Shown: positions 13,630 through 25,574, counted from the first letter of the stretch. The stretch is 64,000 bases of DNA from Eledone cirrhosa (GCA_964016885.1 OZ024740.1:51274001-51338000), one strand, 5' to 3'. Translations and numbers: made by a program. The notes: a model not told the origin generated them from the sequence alone.

Positions 13630-13945
13630 AGGAAGTGAGAAGAGATAAAGGGAAAAAAGACGAACTTGTAACCACATGTAAACACCGATTGCATAGGACT
13701 TACCTCGCCTTCAAACCCCCTCACAACCCGTGTGAGTAGACAATGGCCGTAACATCTTTCTTTTCCCCACTTGCCGAACAAGATTGGGGAAACCCCAGCA
13801 TACATAGGTAGATGTAATACTTAACTTTTTTTCCCTTTATCTCTTCTTCTCACTTCCTTCCACTATCTCTCCTCTTTCTTTTCCTTTTTCCTCTTTCGCT
13901 TACCCTGAGGCAGCCCATCTGGTTTTTGTAGCTTCAGTACCTCCA
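13630..13945 (+). mobile_element. Probable PLE terminal fragment with inverted 5' copy
   Basis: 13631-13659 is inverted to about 13826-13858; ends in TATATA; only a degenerate hammerhead-like CTGAGGC..GAAA. Confidence 0.4.
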
Positions 13946-14099
13946 CACCCGTGAAATCTATATATAGCATTGGCTGATAACACAACACCAGCTAAAAATA
14001 TAGCAGCCGTTTTCTCTTTTAGGTGGGGTGCATCGTTATTGATATTTTACCGTTATGAGATGGAGCCCCGGGGTACTGAATTAGATGTATTTTATATGT

Positions 14100-15020
14100 A
14101 TTTTGCCGGTGTATCTTTTGTCGGTAACCTCGTGCCGTGTCCTCATCAGCAGAGTTCTTAAAAACTCAATAGAACCTTCTGTGTTCAGAGAACGTGAGGC
14201 CGCCTGTGAGATGTGGGACCGGCTGGGACTTAGCCCAGTAGACGTCTCTCCTCCTTCTCCCCTTGTTGACGTCAAGCCCCCCCCCCCCCACCTCCCCACC
14301 TCCTCCAAAGCACTTGAGATGCCATCCAGTGCAGCCTGGCCTCAGACAGGCTCACGCACCAGCTCGAGCAGCACCTCCTTGCCTGCTTACGTGCAGCCTC
14401 CAAACCCCACAGTGGTACTTGGCTCCATGCCCTGCCCTCCTTCTCCACTGGCACGCAGCTAGACAAAAATACCCTGAGCATCAGCGTTTCCTTGAGGCTC
14501 GGATTCACCGTGGACTCTTTCGGCCTCCACCCTCTTTCCTGTTGCCACAGTGCCGGCCGCCTTCCATGCCATGCTGCCCTCAATGAGGTCATAAAGCATG
14601 GCTTGGAGGCTGCGGGCTTCCCTTCCCAGCTCGAGCCGGTGGGGCTGGACAGAGGGGACGGCAAAAGGCCAAATGGCATGACCATCTTCCCGTTCCGCGG
14701 TGGTTAACCCCTCGTCTGGTATACTACTTGCACTGACACTTTCTGCAGCCGCAACCTGGTGCAGTTTGCCACTAAGCCAGGTTCTGCTGCTGCACGTCGG
14801 CTGAGGAGGCCAAGCTCCTCAAATACCGGTCGCTCTCCGACAGGTTTGCGGTCGTACCCCTGGCAGTGGAGACTTCTGGTGTCCTCGGCCCCAGGGCTAC
14901 CTCCCTACTCACCACTATAGGCGCTGAGCTGGCCAGGCTTTTCCAGCGCGTCTCCCTTGTCGTCCTCCGTGGGAACGCCTTCTCCATCCTGTCCGCCGGG
15001 GCTGTTGGGGAGTCCCATCG
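14100..15020 (+). mobile_element. CRE-clade retrotransposon 3' part
   Basis: [51 protein letters not shown]; then KLLKYRSLSDRFAVVPLAVETSG. Confidence 0.85.
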
Positions 15021-15053
15021 CATAACATTCCATATTTAGGTATCCAGATTAAT

Positions 15054-15238
15054 TGTTTCTACTTTAGGCACAAGGCCAGCAATTACCCAGTGCATTACTG
15101 GTACTTTATTTTATCGACCCCGTAAGGATGAAAGGCAAAGTCAACCTCGGCGGGATTTGAACTCAGATCGTAAAGGGACGTAACTATGCTGGAAAGCATG
15201 GCGTCCGACCCTCTACCGATACTGCCAATCCACCGCCC
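15054..15238 (-). mobile_element. tRNA-derived SINE, family A, with 19-bp TSD
   Basis: A box TGGCAGTATCGG and B box GTTCAAATCC on minus; TSD TTTAGGTATCCAGATTAAT at 15035-15053 and 15239-15257. Confidence 0.92.
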
Positions 15239-15334
15239 TTTAGGTATCCAGATTAATGGTTCAGAGTAAGTGTTATAATATCATACAACAACATGTCAAA
15301 AGATGATAGTATATATATATATATATATATATAT

Positions 15335-15600
15335 CATCATCATCGTTTAACGTCTATCTTCCACGCTAGCATGGGTTTAGACAGGAATTGTCCCACTTGA
15401 GGCAAGATTGGTTGTCTTGCTCGTATAGGACTATCTGGCAGGTTTTCTATGGCTGGATGCCCTTCCTAACACCAACCAGGTTTACAGTGTGGACTGGGAG
15501 GTTTTACCGTGTTGCCTACACGGCCACATTACAGCGTGGACTGTGTGTTTTTTTGTCGTGACACCTACACGATCTTATTTGTTTCGGACTGGATGTTGTG
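15335..15600 (-). mobile_element. SINE/LINE-tail repeat, family C
   Basis: (CAT)n tail, CGTTTAACGTC..GCTAGCATGGG..GGCTGGATGCCCTTCCTAAC; recognised from memory as a common octopod repeat. Confidence 0.55.
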
Positions 15601-16152
15601 GTACCAACAGAACTTTATATTGAAAGGGGTGGGGAAGTGGGATGGGGGGTGTATTTTTGTTAGAGGTGCCTACTGACTGTAGTAGGTTTCACTTTGTACT
15701 TAGGTAAGGCGGGACCGCATTAGGCGATTTAGCGATCTCTCTATAATTCTTAGTCTTTCTTTTAAGATAGATACATAGCTACAATGTCGCGCCCTTATAA
15801 TATCTGTCTGTATGTCTGGCTGTCTGCATTACAACATTATGACGCTACCTGTGTGCGTGTGTATATATAGTGTGTAACGTTTTTCGAATATTTACTTCTG
15901 CGTTCACAGATTGATTTTATTAGTTTCAGAAAATCCCGTTAAGGGTGAAAGCAGCAATTCTTTGCTTAAACTTTAATCTGTTATTTTAATATATATATAT
16001 ATAATTATATATTCGTGTACAGATATTTTTGCATACACAATAACAAAATATAAACAAACAAATTTATTTCACAAGGCTCGTTAAGGATAAATATATATCA
16101 AATATATAAGAACTCCAGAGCAAATCCAAAGCAACTCCGGGCCATTCTGCTA

Positions 16153-16184
<32 letters not shown>

Positions 16185-16187
<3 letters not shown>

Positions 16188-16457
16188 AAATTTGGAAAGG
16201 AACAAAAACAGAGGCAGTACAAATAAGAGTTTATTAGGTTCACGCTTTTGAGAGTGGGTGGGGGGACGTTTCGAGCATAAGTCCTTCATCAGGAGAAAAG
16301 TGGGTAGGATGAGAGTTCCGAGGGTGTGTGGGGGAGTGGTGGAAAGACATTTAGAAAAAAGGGTGGGGAGAGAAAAGGGAGGAAAAACGAAGGAGTACAA
16401 ATAAAAATAAACAAGTGGAGTTGGGAGAGTGAAGCGGGGGTCCGAGCGGGGAGGGCT

Positions 16458-16460
<3 letters not shown>
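16185..16460 (-). mobile_element. PLE-type pseudo-LTR fragment in (TA)n with partial hammerhead core
   Basis: Minus strand CTGATGA-AGGACTTATGCTC-GAAACGTC (about 16265-16292); flanked by (TA)n on both sides; stem I not evident. Confidence 0.55.
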
Positions 16461-16489
<29 letters not shown>

Positions 16490-16490
<1 letters not shown>

Positions 16491-18780
16491 TTGGGAAGGG
16501 TCATATTGTTATAATATTGCCAGAAATAATAATAAAACACTGTTTCGTTTGGATTGGTTTTCGATTCTGTATCTTGTATATCTTCATGGTTACTTCATCT
16601 AGCAATCAATGTTTATCAACAGTTAAAAATATAGATATAAAACAGATATAAATATATATGTATAATCTATTTATTTATTCATTCTTATCTTTGTCTTATT
16701 TGCGTGTGTGTTTTCTGTTTGGTGTGTGTGTTCGTGTTTGAGTCTGTGTTTTTGTATTCTATCTTTATTCACTAGTGTGTGTTTATGTGTGTTTGTTGTT
16801 ATTGTATTTGTGTATATATTTATTTATATTTCTCTTAGGTCAGTATATATAACACAGAGAGTGTGGTAAGATACCAGGTGGACCATAACACACCAGAGTA
16901 ATCAATACTTAGGCTAGTAGAGTGGGTAAATAGGAAAAGAATCAGGACTCCGACAGCTGTGTTCCAGTTCGGATCTAGCTGTCGAAAGCCATACGGACAC
17001 CCAAAAACAACAATCAGGTGAGAAAAATGTTCGCACATGCAGTAGGGGCTAGTATTAAAATTACCCTAAAGGGCCACATGTTTAAATTTAATGAAAAAAC
17101 CTATACCCAGAATGAGAGAGCAGTCATTGGTGTCAGCATAGCTGGTGATGTTGCCGACCTATTTATGGTATGGTGGGAAAGGAGACTCAGAGAACTCCTA
17201 GATGAGAACCCCATAGCCCTCGTCATGTACTCTCGTTACCTAGACGATATTAATATAATAATAAGAATACCCCCACAAGGGAGTACTAATAAATCTAAAC
17301 TAGAAAATAGCGCTATGAAGAGCAGCCTGCAGATAGTTAACTCCATACACCAAAGTATACGGAATTCTGGTTAAACACTACAAACGAGAGGGCCCAAATC
17401 TCCACTCGCATGATGCTAAATTCATGGCCTCCAAATACCTGATACTCAAAAACTCAGCAATGTCCAATGGTGTTAAGTTTAATATTCTGATAGCAGACTT
17501 GGTAAGAGTGATGAAGAATGTGTCCCGCATGTGCAATCCAACTGAAAGGGAAAGACACATCCAACACTTCATCAATCGCATGCTAAACTCTGGCTACAAC
17601 CAAAGAGACAGAATCAGTGTGCAAAGGAGCCACGGAGAAATATAAGACACTCATAGAAATGGACATGAAAGGGATTTTCCCATTGTACAGGAGCAAATCA
17701 TGGACTAGCTTAGATAGGACTAAACATAAGATAGGGAAAGCCACTTCATGGTACGACAACCAGAGATACCAGAGTGTCATGTTCGTGGATGCAGCCCTTG
17801 GAGGGAAATTAGCTAACCAATTTAGAAAGGCCTTAAGAAAGACACATCTAAAGATTGAAGTGGTAGAAAAGCCAGGAACTACCATAAAATCCCTGATCAA
17901 CAAAACTTACCCCTTTAAGAAAACCCACTGTACGAATAAGAAATATGTTATGTGTAGAATAAATCCACGAATAAATTGTAAAACTAGAAATGTAGTCTAT
18001 GGCATAAGATGTACAGAGGGTACTTGCAGAAACATGACAACGTCATACATAGGTGAGACAGCTCAGAGCATAGGAGAGGGAATAGACCAACACTGGGGTG
18101 AACTAAAATGACAAAAATACAGTTTGGTACGATATGCAAGACAAAGACATGATGGTAATATAGACAACATAGAAATTAAAATAATATCTAAACATTGAAA
18201 TGACTCAGCGGGTAGGCAAATCAGAGAAGCAACTGAAATAGAACTAAGAAAACCAAAGTTGAACAAAAAAATGAATGGAATAACAACAACCATACCCAAA
18301 CACACAATACTGACATAAGGGAAATATAAATAAATAAATATGCACGGATACAATAACAACGACTACATATAAACACACACTAGTGAACAAAGATAGAATA
18401 CAAACACTCATAGACTCAAACATAAACAGACACACCAAACAGAAAACACACACGCAAACGTATGCACAAACAGAGACAGAGACAAGAATAAATAACTAAA
18501 TAGATAAAATGAAAATGGCGTAGACATTACACTATAACGGGAGGAAACAATAGTACCACTGATGATGTCACAGGTGTGTGATGAAAGCATTTTGATAGGC
18601 TATATATATATTTATATCTGTATTTTTAACCGTTGATCAATCAATGATAAACACTGATTGCTAGATGAATTAACTATGGAGATATAAAAGGTACAGAAGC
18701 GAAAACCAATCTAAACCAAAGAGTGAGTGTGTTTTATTATTATTTCTCGCAATATTAAAACAATATGACCCTCCCCAAAT
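16490..18780 (+). mobile_element. Penelope-like element: RT plus GIY-YIG pseudogene with inverted pseudo-LTRs
   Basis: FKFNEKTYTQ..IGVSIAGDVADLFM..YSRYLDDI (PLE RT); CKTRNVVYGIRC..SYIGET (GIY-YIG); 16490-16835 is an inverted copy of about 18320-18780; flanked by TA/TG microsatellites; hammerhead core CTGATGA..GAAA at 18559-18586. Confidence 0.9.
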
Positions 18781-18786
18781 ATAACA

Positions 18787-18820
<34 letters not shown>

Positions 18821-18876
18821 ATATGTATATATGTATACATATGTATATATATATATACATATACATGGATGTATGT

Positions 18877-21575
18877 GCATGGTCGGGTCGTCGGTGACTA
18901 AACCGGAAACCCCACCAAGCTTGCTTGATGAGAAGGGTGAATTTTGACATCCTGTGATGTCGAGGAACTCGGGGGAGTCAATGGCCATCCAATAAATTTT
19001 TTTTTTTCGTGGAGCAAGAGACTTCTTGTCTTCATTAAGACCTCTCTAGGACTGGTGGTTTACCACGACCGGTAGAAAATTAAGCGAAACTGGAAACGAT
19101 CCTAAACTGAAGCTGAATCTCATCGTCAGACTTCTCGATCTCATTCTCTTACCTTGGGAGTTTGGAATGTAAGAACTCTGATAGACAAACAAAGCATCTA
19201 TCAGCCTGAAATGCGTACCGCGCTTGTCTCTCAAGAACTTGACTTAGCTGTTCTGAGCGAAACTCGTTTCCCCGGAGAAGGCAGCGTGAAGGAAGTTGGC
19301 TACACGTTCTTCTGGAAAGGAAAGGAAAGGATGCCAATGAACCTCATATCCATGGCATCTGACTTGCCATCAGAACCAGGCTGGTCAATAAATACAACCT
19401 GACCCCAACGTCAACAAGCGAATGTCTGACGTCCATCCGAATTCCGCTTCTCAATAAGAACTACTTTAAAATGATCTCAGTCTATGCTTCAACTCTAGAC
19501 TCAGATGACGAAAGTAAAAATGCTTTCTATGACTCTCTCTCTCAACGCTACCATCTGAGCCATTCCGCGAAACGTTAAACTGATCATCCTTGGTGATTTC
19601 AACACCTGAGTCGGTCATGATCACCATCTCTGGCAGAGCATCCTCAGCAAACACAGGATTGGAAACTGCAACGCTAATGGATACCTCCTCCTTGGACTCT
19701 GAGCAGAAAACGACCTGACGGTTACGAACACCCTTTTCCATCTTCCAACCCATCACAAAACAACCTAGCAACATCCGAGGTCAAAACACTGGCATATTCT
19801 GGATTACATGTTGACAAGGATCCGAGACAAGAAGCAAGTGAGGATCACCAGATACTTACCAGGCACTGATGAATGCTGGATCGATCACCGGTTCGTGATC
19901 ACTCGTCCCAACTTTTCCATCCGTGCAACCCTCGACACTCCAATACTCAAAAGCGCAGACCAAGATATGGCTGTCACAAACTGAAGGACTCAAGAATATC
20001 CCAGGCCTTTCAAGAAGCAGTTCACCAACATCTGAGTGAAAGGTAGAACGGGAATCCTTCACCAAATGATTGGAACACTCTACATGACGCTATAACACCT
20101 GCTGCAGACGAGGTTATCGGCTACTCAAAGCGGCAGAACCAAGACAAGTTCGCTGAAAACAGTGAGGAGATCGAACATCTGATCAATAAGAAAAGAGTAG
20201 CACGTATTGCTTTCGAAAACCACCCGAGGACAAGCAACAAGTAACGCAGATGTGCCAAAGACGCCGCAGAGAGATCCAGAACAACTGGTGGGAAGCGGTA
20301 TCTCCCTGCTTAGCATTGCCGGCAAAATTTTCGCCAGAAATCTCCTGGAACGTCTGCTGAATGTTGTGGAAGAAGTCCTTACAGACTCTCGATGAGGCTT
20401 TCGACGATCACATGGAACGATTGACATGATTTTTTGTGCGAGGCAACTCTGGGATAAGGTGCATGAATAGCAGCAACTAAGTTTCTTCATCTTCTGGGAC
20501 CTTCGTAAACCCTTCGACAAGGTTTTCCGACAGTCAATGTGATCTGTCCTGCTTCGCTTTGGCTGCCCAGATCACTTTGTCGACGTCATCATTGCGCTCC
20601 ATGATGGCATGGTAGGACGCGTCTGCACGCAGAATGCACTCTCCGAACCATTCTCCATCGGGGGGGGGGGGGGGGGCTGCAACAGGGCTATGTCCTGGCT
20701 CCAACCCTGTTTTCCATATACCTAGCGGCGATGCGCAATGAGATCCCACGTGACTTACCTGGTGTTGACGTGCATTATCACCTGGACGGCGGACTATTCA
20801 ACCTCGCACGTCTGAGATCCAAAACGTGAGCATCGGAAAGTAGCATTAAGGAGCTCCACTACGCAGACAATGGTACCCCTACCTCCTGTTACCGTCCTCC
20901 AGCGCTGTCCGTCTCTCGTTTCAGAATCTTACTATCACTTTGGGATGGAAGTGAATGTGGACAAGACGAAGATACTTACATAGCCTATTCCTGGAGAAGA
21001 TACACCAGAAGTTTCCAGCAATGTGAGGAACACGCCTCTGGAAGTTGTCAACAACGTTTAGTACCTCGACAGCATTTTCTTACAGTCTGGAACATGCGAA
21101 CGAGACATTGACCACCGCATCAAATCCGGTCATTGGGCTTTTAGAAGATTCAGCAATTAAGTATTCAACTGCTACGAACAAAACTCACAATGTTCCGCGC
21201 TGTCATCTTCACCTTGCGAGATATGGACCTTGTACCGGAAAGACCAGAAAACGTTTGAGCGTTTCCAAAAAGTGAAGCTTCGGTAGATCCTCAACATCAA
21301 ATGGCAGGACCGACGCACTAACAACGAAGTTCTCAATCACTTTGAAATCCCGAGCATTGAAGCTGCCATCCTCAAGTATCACCTCGCGTGGTCAGGAATA
21401 TCACCGACAGACCATCCTTTACAGTGAATTTGTCAACGGCAAACGACATCGCGGAGCCTCAAAACGCAAATTCAAAGATCAAATGAAGGTTTCCCACCTT
21501 CAAGACGTAATCAGTCCTAACAACTGGGAAACAGAAGCCGCCGACTGTCCAGTCAGGGCTGACAGTCTATAAGCG
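18877..21575 (+). mobile_element. RTE-clade (BovB-like) LINE, near full span but heavily degenerate
   Basis: GVWNVRTL..RTALVSQEL..LSETRFPGEGS..GYTFFWKG (APE); GISLLSIAGKIFAR; ELHYAD; GKRHRGASKRKFKDQMK C-terminus. Confidence 0.88.
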
Positions 21576-21589
21576 GCAAATCAGAACCC

Positions 21590-22070
21590 CGTATACTAGA
21601 AAGATCCCTCTAAGGAAACAGAAGAATACGGAGGCAAAACACTACCAAACTTTGATATTTTCCCTTGTACCAAGGTAATTGTGAAATCACAGAATAAGGT
21701 CGAATTAATAAAGAGAAAATGTTCATTCTATTAGTGATCTATGTAAAATATATTACAAATTATCAAAGTAAGGAAATATACATACGTCTTCCCTACCCGC
21801 CGAAATTATTTCTGAAGACGGCGGGTAGGGAAGAATGAACATACGGAGAACTACCTTCCTGAAACGATCGTAAAATAATGAATTTTACTATGAATTACCC
21901 GTATTTTGTTTAGTTTCATTGTTTTCACTATTTGTATTATTTTGACTCTGCTTCCAATGAATTATATCGTTGAAATTTTGTATTTTAAACTTTGCTTCAC
22001 GACATCTACATACGGATTACATTGAGTTCTTCATACTGCTTGGACCCTATCATTAATTAGTGGATTTATC
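21590..22070 (+). mobile_element. PLE 3' end / pseudo-LTR fragment
   Basis: Contains a type I hammerhead and ends at (TA)n. Confidence 0.55.
21805..21879 (+). ncRNA. Type I hammerhead ribozyme
   Basis: Stem I ATTATTT/AAATAAT; CTGAAGA; stem II GGCGGGTAG/CTACCTTCC; GAAA; palindromic stem III ACGATCGT; cleavage triplet GTA (21870-21872). Confidence 0.78.
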
Positions 22071-22082
22071 TATATATATATA

Positions 22083-22466
22083 TGAAGCGAAGCAAAGTTA
22101 GTAGTTATCGTTACAGGAAATAACACAAATAGATGATTTACTTTTGATATAAAATTTACTCCACTTCAGTTAAAAAGAATAACGAATGGGTTATCTCGAG
22201 TCACAAAGGTTGACGATGTTTTTTGTTGTTCATGTGAAACAGCGAGTGGCCAGACAGTGTTTGTTGGTCGTTCCAGTCAGGTAGTGGTCCTCGTGGTGAT
22301 TGAACATTCTCTCTCCTGGTACAGGCTATTTATATCTCCAGCTTCCTCTGTCCCCTGCCTCGAGAGATCACCCATGCATCAACTTGTTTACGCCAAAAGG
22401 GTGGTGACCTAGAATTTGACCTTTAAGTGTCACCCAGGGCTCGAGGTGTGGACAGATTTCACTACA
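22083..22466 (-). mobile_element. Probable solo LTR
   Basis: TG...CA termini (minus strand TGTAGTGAAAT...CGCTTCA); TATAAATA on minus; about 380 bp; embedded in (TA)n. Confidence 0.55.
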
Positions 22467-22515
22467 TATATATATATATATGCGTGTGTGTGTGTAGCGA
22501 AATCTGTCCACACCT

Positions 22516-23278
22516 GCGCTAAGAATATGAAGGCCCACATCACCAACAGCCCTAAGAGCGGCAGCCCACCAGGATGCTCTTGCCGAAAGCCTGAAGCTTG
22601 TCCCCTTCAACAGCAATGCAACACACCCGCTCTAGTTTATGAAGCTGTGGTCACTTCCAACTGACCAAATCAGCAACAGGAGGTCAAATCCTATGTAGGT
22701 ATGGTGGAGGGCCGGTTTAAGGAACGCTTCCTGAACCATCAGTCGACCTTTAGGTACCCGGACAAACGATCATCCACGAAGCTCGCGAGCCACGTATGGT
22801 CCCTTAAGGACACAGGCGTAGACTATTCCATTCAATGGAAAGCTATCACTAATTCCAAGCCATACGCAAGGGGTAATCCGTCTTGTGAACTGTATATTGA
22901 AGAAAGGATCAATATTCTAAGGAGATTACGCAATAGCGATTGCCTGAATTCAAGAAAATGAACTTTTCTCACATTGTCCACACGTCTGGAAACACCTCTT
23001 GCATAACTACAAAGCTCCGGATTGAATAACACCAACATTCTAATATTCTAATCAACTTGAACAATTTATTCCCGACATTCGCCTTATCTCCCTTACACCT
23101 TTCGACCGTCGATTTTTATCGCTTGGGAGAAGTGACCATTTCTGCGCACGCGCGTTCATATAGTTGTTTCCTCTTTTCCTGTTCCGTACACCATTATCAG
23201 TCCGAGCTGAAGATCCGTATAAGGTGAAACAATTGTTCTCGGTATGGTGAACTAACTGTTGTGTTACTACTTACTTCT
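22516..23278 (+). mobile_element. PLE 3' fragment (Neptune-like GIY-YIG) with pseudo-LTR
   Basis: CSCRKPEACPLQQQC..LVYEAVV..SYVGMVEGRFKERFLNH..LASHVWSLK..IQWK..CELYIEE..LNSR; ends at (TA)n. Confidence 0.85.
23189..23249 (+). ncRNA. Minimal type I hammerhead ribozyme
   Basis: CCGAG-CTGAAGA-TCCGTATAAGGT-GAAA-CAATTGTT-CTCGG; outer pairing CACCAT/ATGGTG; palindromic stem III ACAATTGT; stem II weak. Confidence 0.7.
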
Positions 23279-23296
23279 ATATATATATATATATAT

Positions 23297-23950
23297 ATTA
23301 GGATTGGTGCTCTGAAATAGTGATGTATACATGAATGTATGTATAGTATATTTGGTAATATACCGTATGTTTAATTAAAAACATTTAAAAGACCATACGC
23401 TATCAGTTTTAAAGTAGTGACTATGTCACTTCTTTTCGGGGAAAGAAGCTGACAGTCTGTTTCACGCTGGTTGGCGTTCATCAGAGCCACGTACTCCCTT
23501 GCTTCCGCTGAAAATTATAGAAGCTGGATTCTTATAGAATTCCAGTAATAATCAGGAACTGATTATACAGAGCGATTCCAGTAAATGTTTTTAATTAAAC
23601 ATACGGTATATTGCCAAATATACTATACATACATTCGTGTATACATCGCTATTTCAGAGCACCAATCCTAATACCTAACTTTTGCTGGACCGGCAATCGC
23701 TCTGTATAATCAGCTCCTGATTATTACTGGAATTCTATAAGAATACAGCTTCTATAATTTTCAGCGGAAGCAAGGGAGTACGTGGCTCTGATGAACGCCA
23801 ACCAGCGTGAAACAGACTGTCAGCTTCTTTCCCCGAAAAGAAGTAAGTGACATAGTCACTACTTTAAAACTGATAGCGTATGGTCTTTTAAATGTTTTTA
23901 ATTAAACATACGGTATATTACCACATATACTATACATTCATTGATGTATA
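23297..23950. mobile_element. Non-coding hammerhead-bearing element (retrozyme-like): ~305-nt unit, 1.2 tandem copies on + preceded by an inverted copy
   Basis: 23583-23640 repeats at 23890-23950; 23297-23580 is the reverse complement of a permuted unit; flanked by (TA)n. Confidence 0.8.
23784..23825 (+). ncRNA. Type I hammerhead ribozyme (second copy on minus strand about 23447-23488)
   Basis: GGCT-CTGATGA-ACGC caacca GCGT-GAAA-CAGACTGTC-AGCT; GTC triplet at 23819-23821. Confidence 0.82.
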
Positions 23951-23956
23951 TATATA

Positions 23957-24625
23957 TATCTCGGAAGTTGTTTTTTCGTTAATTCCTGAGCTGAAATACG
24001 ATTCTCGCTAATTTATATTTGTATTAATCTTCAGAGTCTAGCTATAGGCCAGTTAATTTTATTGATTTTTTAGTTGATTCTATTGACTGATGAATAGCTT
24101 TGTTATATTTAACCATTCTGTCGAGAGCTTTATTCGATTTGTGATATTTTGCATTCTCGCAATATTATACACAACTGAATTCATTCGCCTAATATAAGTG
24201 TTGCCTCCCTTGCTGAACTCCACGTGGGGTCAGTAATAGTCACACTTATGTATAGCATTTGAGCAAAAACCTGTTGATAAAGTGGCTTCCTTGTTCGGTC
24301 ATCTTACCAGAAGCCTAACATTCTTTATGCAAGCGGACAGTAACTGATTTGTGGAGTCGCAGAAACCTAAATACTGGATTTTACCATCACTCCAGAGGTC
24401 CGGGTAAATTTTCTATCACATATATTTTTATTGTTTGACCCAAATTACTTGGTCGTTTTTTTTGGCTGTGCAGATGATTAGTTTAACCACCATCTCAGTG
24501 TGTTTGGCCTTTAACGTATGTTGTAGCTCTGATTCATATGAATCATCGAGTGCTTGCCACACATCTCGGAAGTTGTTTTTCGTTAATTCCTGAGCTGAAA
24601 TACGATTCTCGCTAATTTATATTTA
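23957..24625 (+). repeat. ~605-nt unit with a ~62-bp terminal direct repeat; probable PLE pseudo-LTR with decayed hammerhead
   Basis: ATCTCGGAAGTTG...GCTAATTTATATTT at about 23958-24020 and 24563-24623; CTGATGA (24087)..CTGTCGAGAGCTT, with GAAA changed to GAGA. Confidence 0.6.
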
Positions 24626-25253
24626 TATCCTAAACGGACGGTAGTCCGTTTAGTAATATTGTTGTGGTCGTGTTTTCGTTGGCAATCGTCTGTTTACGAC
24701 AGTACAGCGCGGCTCTACTTTATTTAACTGAGATAAAACTTATATGAGCATGAACAGTAGATCATTACGCATCTTTTGGCTTAAAAATCTAAAAATTTGG
24801 ACCAGCGGGAAAAAGTTTATAATCAAAGTTTGCTGATAAATCTTGTGTTCAAGTGAGTGAGTAGTAAGCGTGACGCTAGGGGAGGTAATCCAGAAATGAC
24901 GACGTTTGGAAAAGTTTAATTACTGCATGAAAGAAATGATTCAAAAATTGAACTTGCCCAATCTTCACAACATTGAAAATTGGTCAAAATTTGACAAATC
25001 TGACTTCAAACCAGATATGATTCATTTGAACAATGTTAGAAATCTTAAATTGACACAAATTTTTGCCACCTGATCCTTGTTCTATGGCTGACTGACTAAT
25101 TTTGTGACTTAATAAAATGTCATCATACTAGTAATGCACAATGGTCATTTTTAAATTTAAATTTTATTAAATAGTTGTTGCTTGCATTGCCTTAAAATAG
25201 TAACAAGAATGTACACATACTTTTTAAAAATACATCATTATCAGTCAAATCAG

Positions 25254-25574
25254 TCAAATGTCACTAAAATCCAGGTGGTCGATAACAACTTCTATAAGAT
25301 TAGTTACATGCTCACACATTGGATCACCTCTCATCAATGGCATTGGGTGTCTGAGATAATCGTGGAGATAACTGATGAAGTCACAAATGAAGTGATGGTC
25401 TTCCAGTGTGAACAACTCCCTATATCCATTGATATATGTGATGGCTTCCGATTCATAGGTGCATTTTATGAGGAATTCCATGCATCCGATTTTCAGTGAT
25501 TCAATGGGCATTTTATCAGAGATGATAAGGTATTTGACCACGTTTTGCTTTGTAAGTAAATTGGAGAGAATCAC
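25254..25574 (-). other. Open 106-aa frame with a BTB-associated BACK-like pattern (possible captured gene fragment)
   Basis: LLTKQNVVKYLIISDKMPIESLKIGCMEFL fits the NV..L..AD....LK..C..FI pattern; no ATG start, upstream in-frame stop. Confidence 0.4.

Noticed and set aside
15140-15238. tRNA gene (A/B boxes)
   Set aside because: Head of a multicopy SINE with TSD; no proper cloverleaf
18877-18990. HDV-like ribozyme at the RTE 5' end
   Set aside because: Hairpins are present but I could not map the nested double pseudoknot
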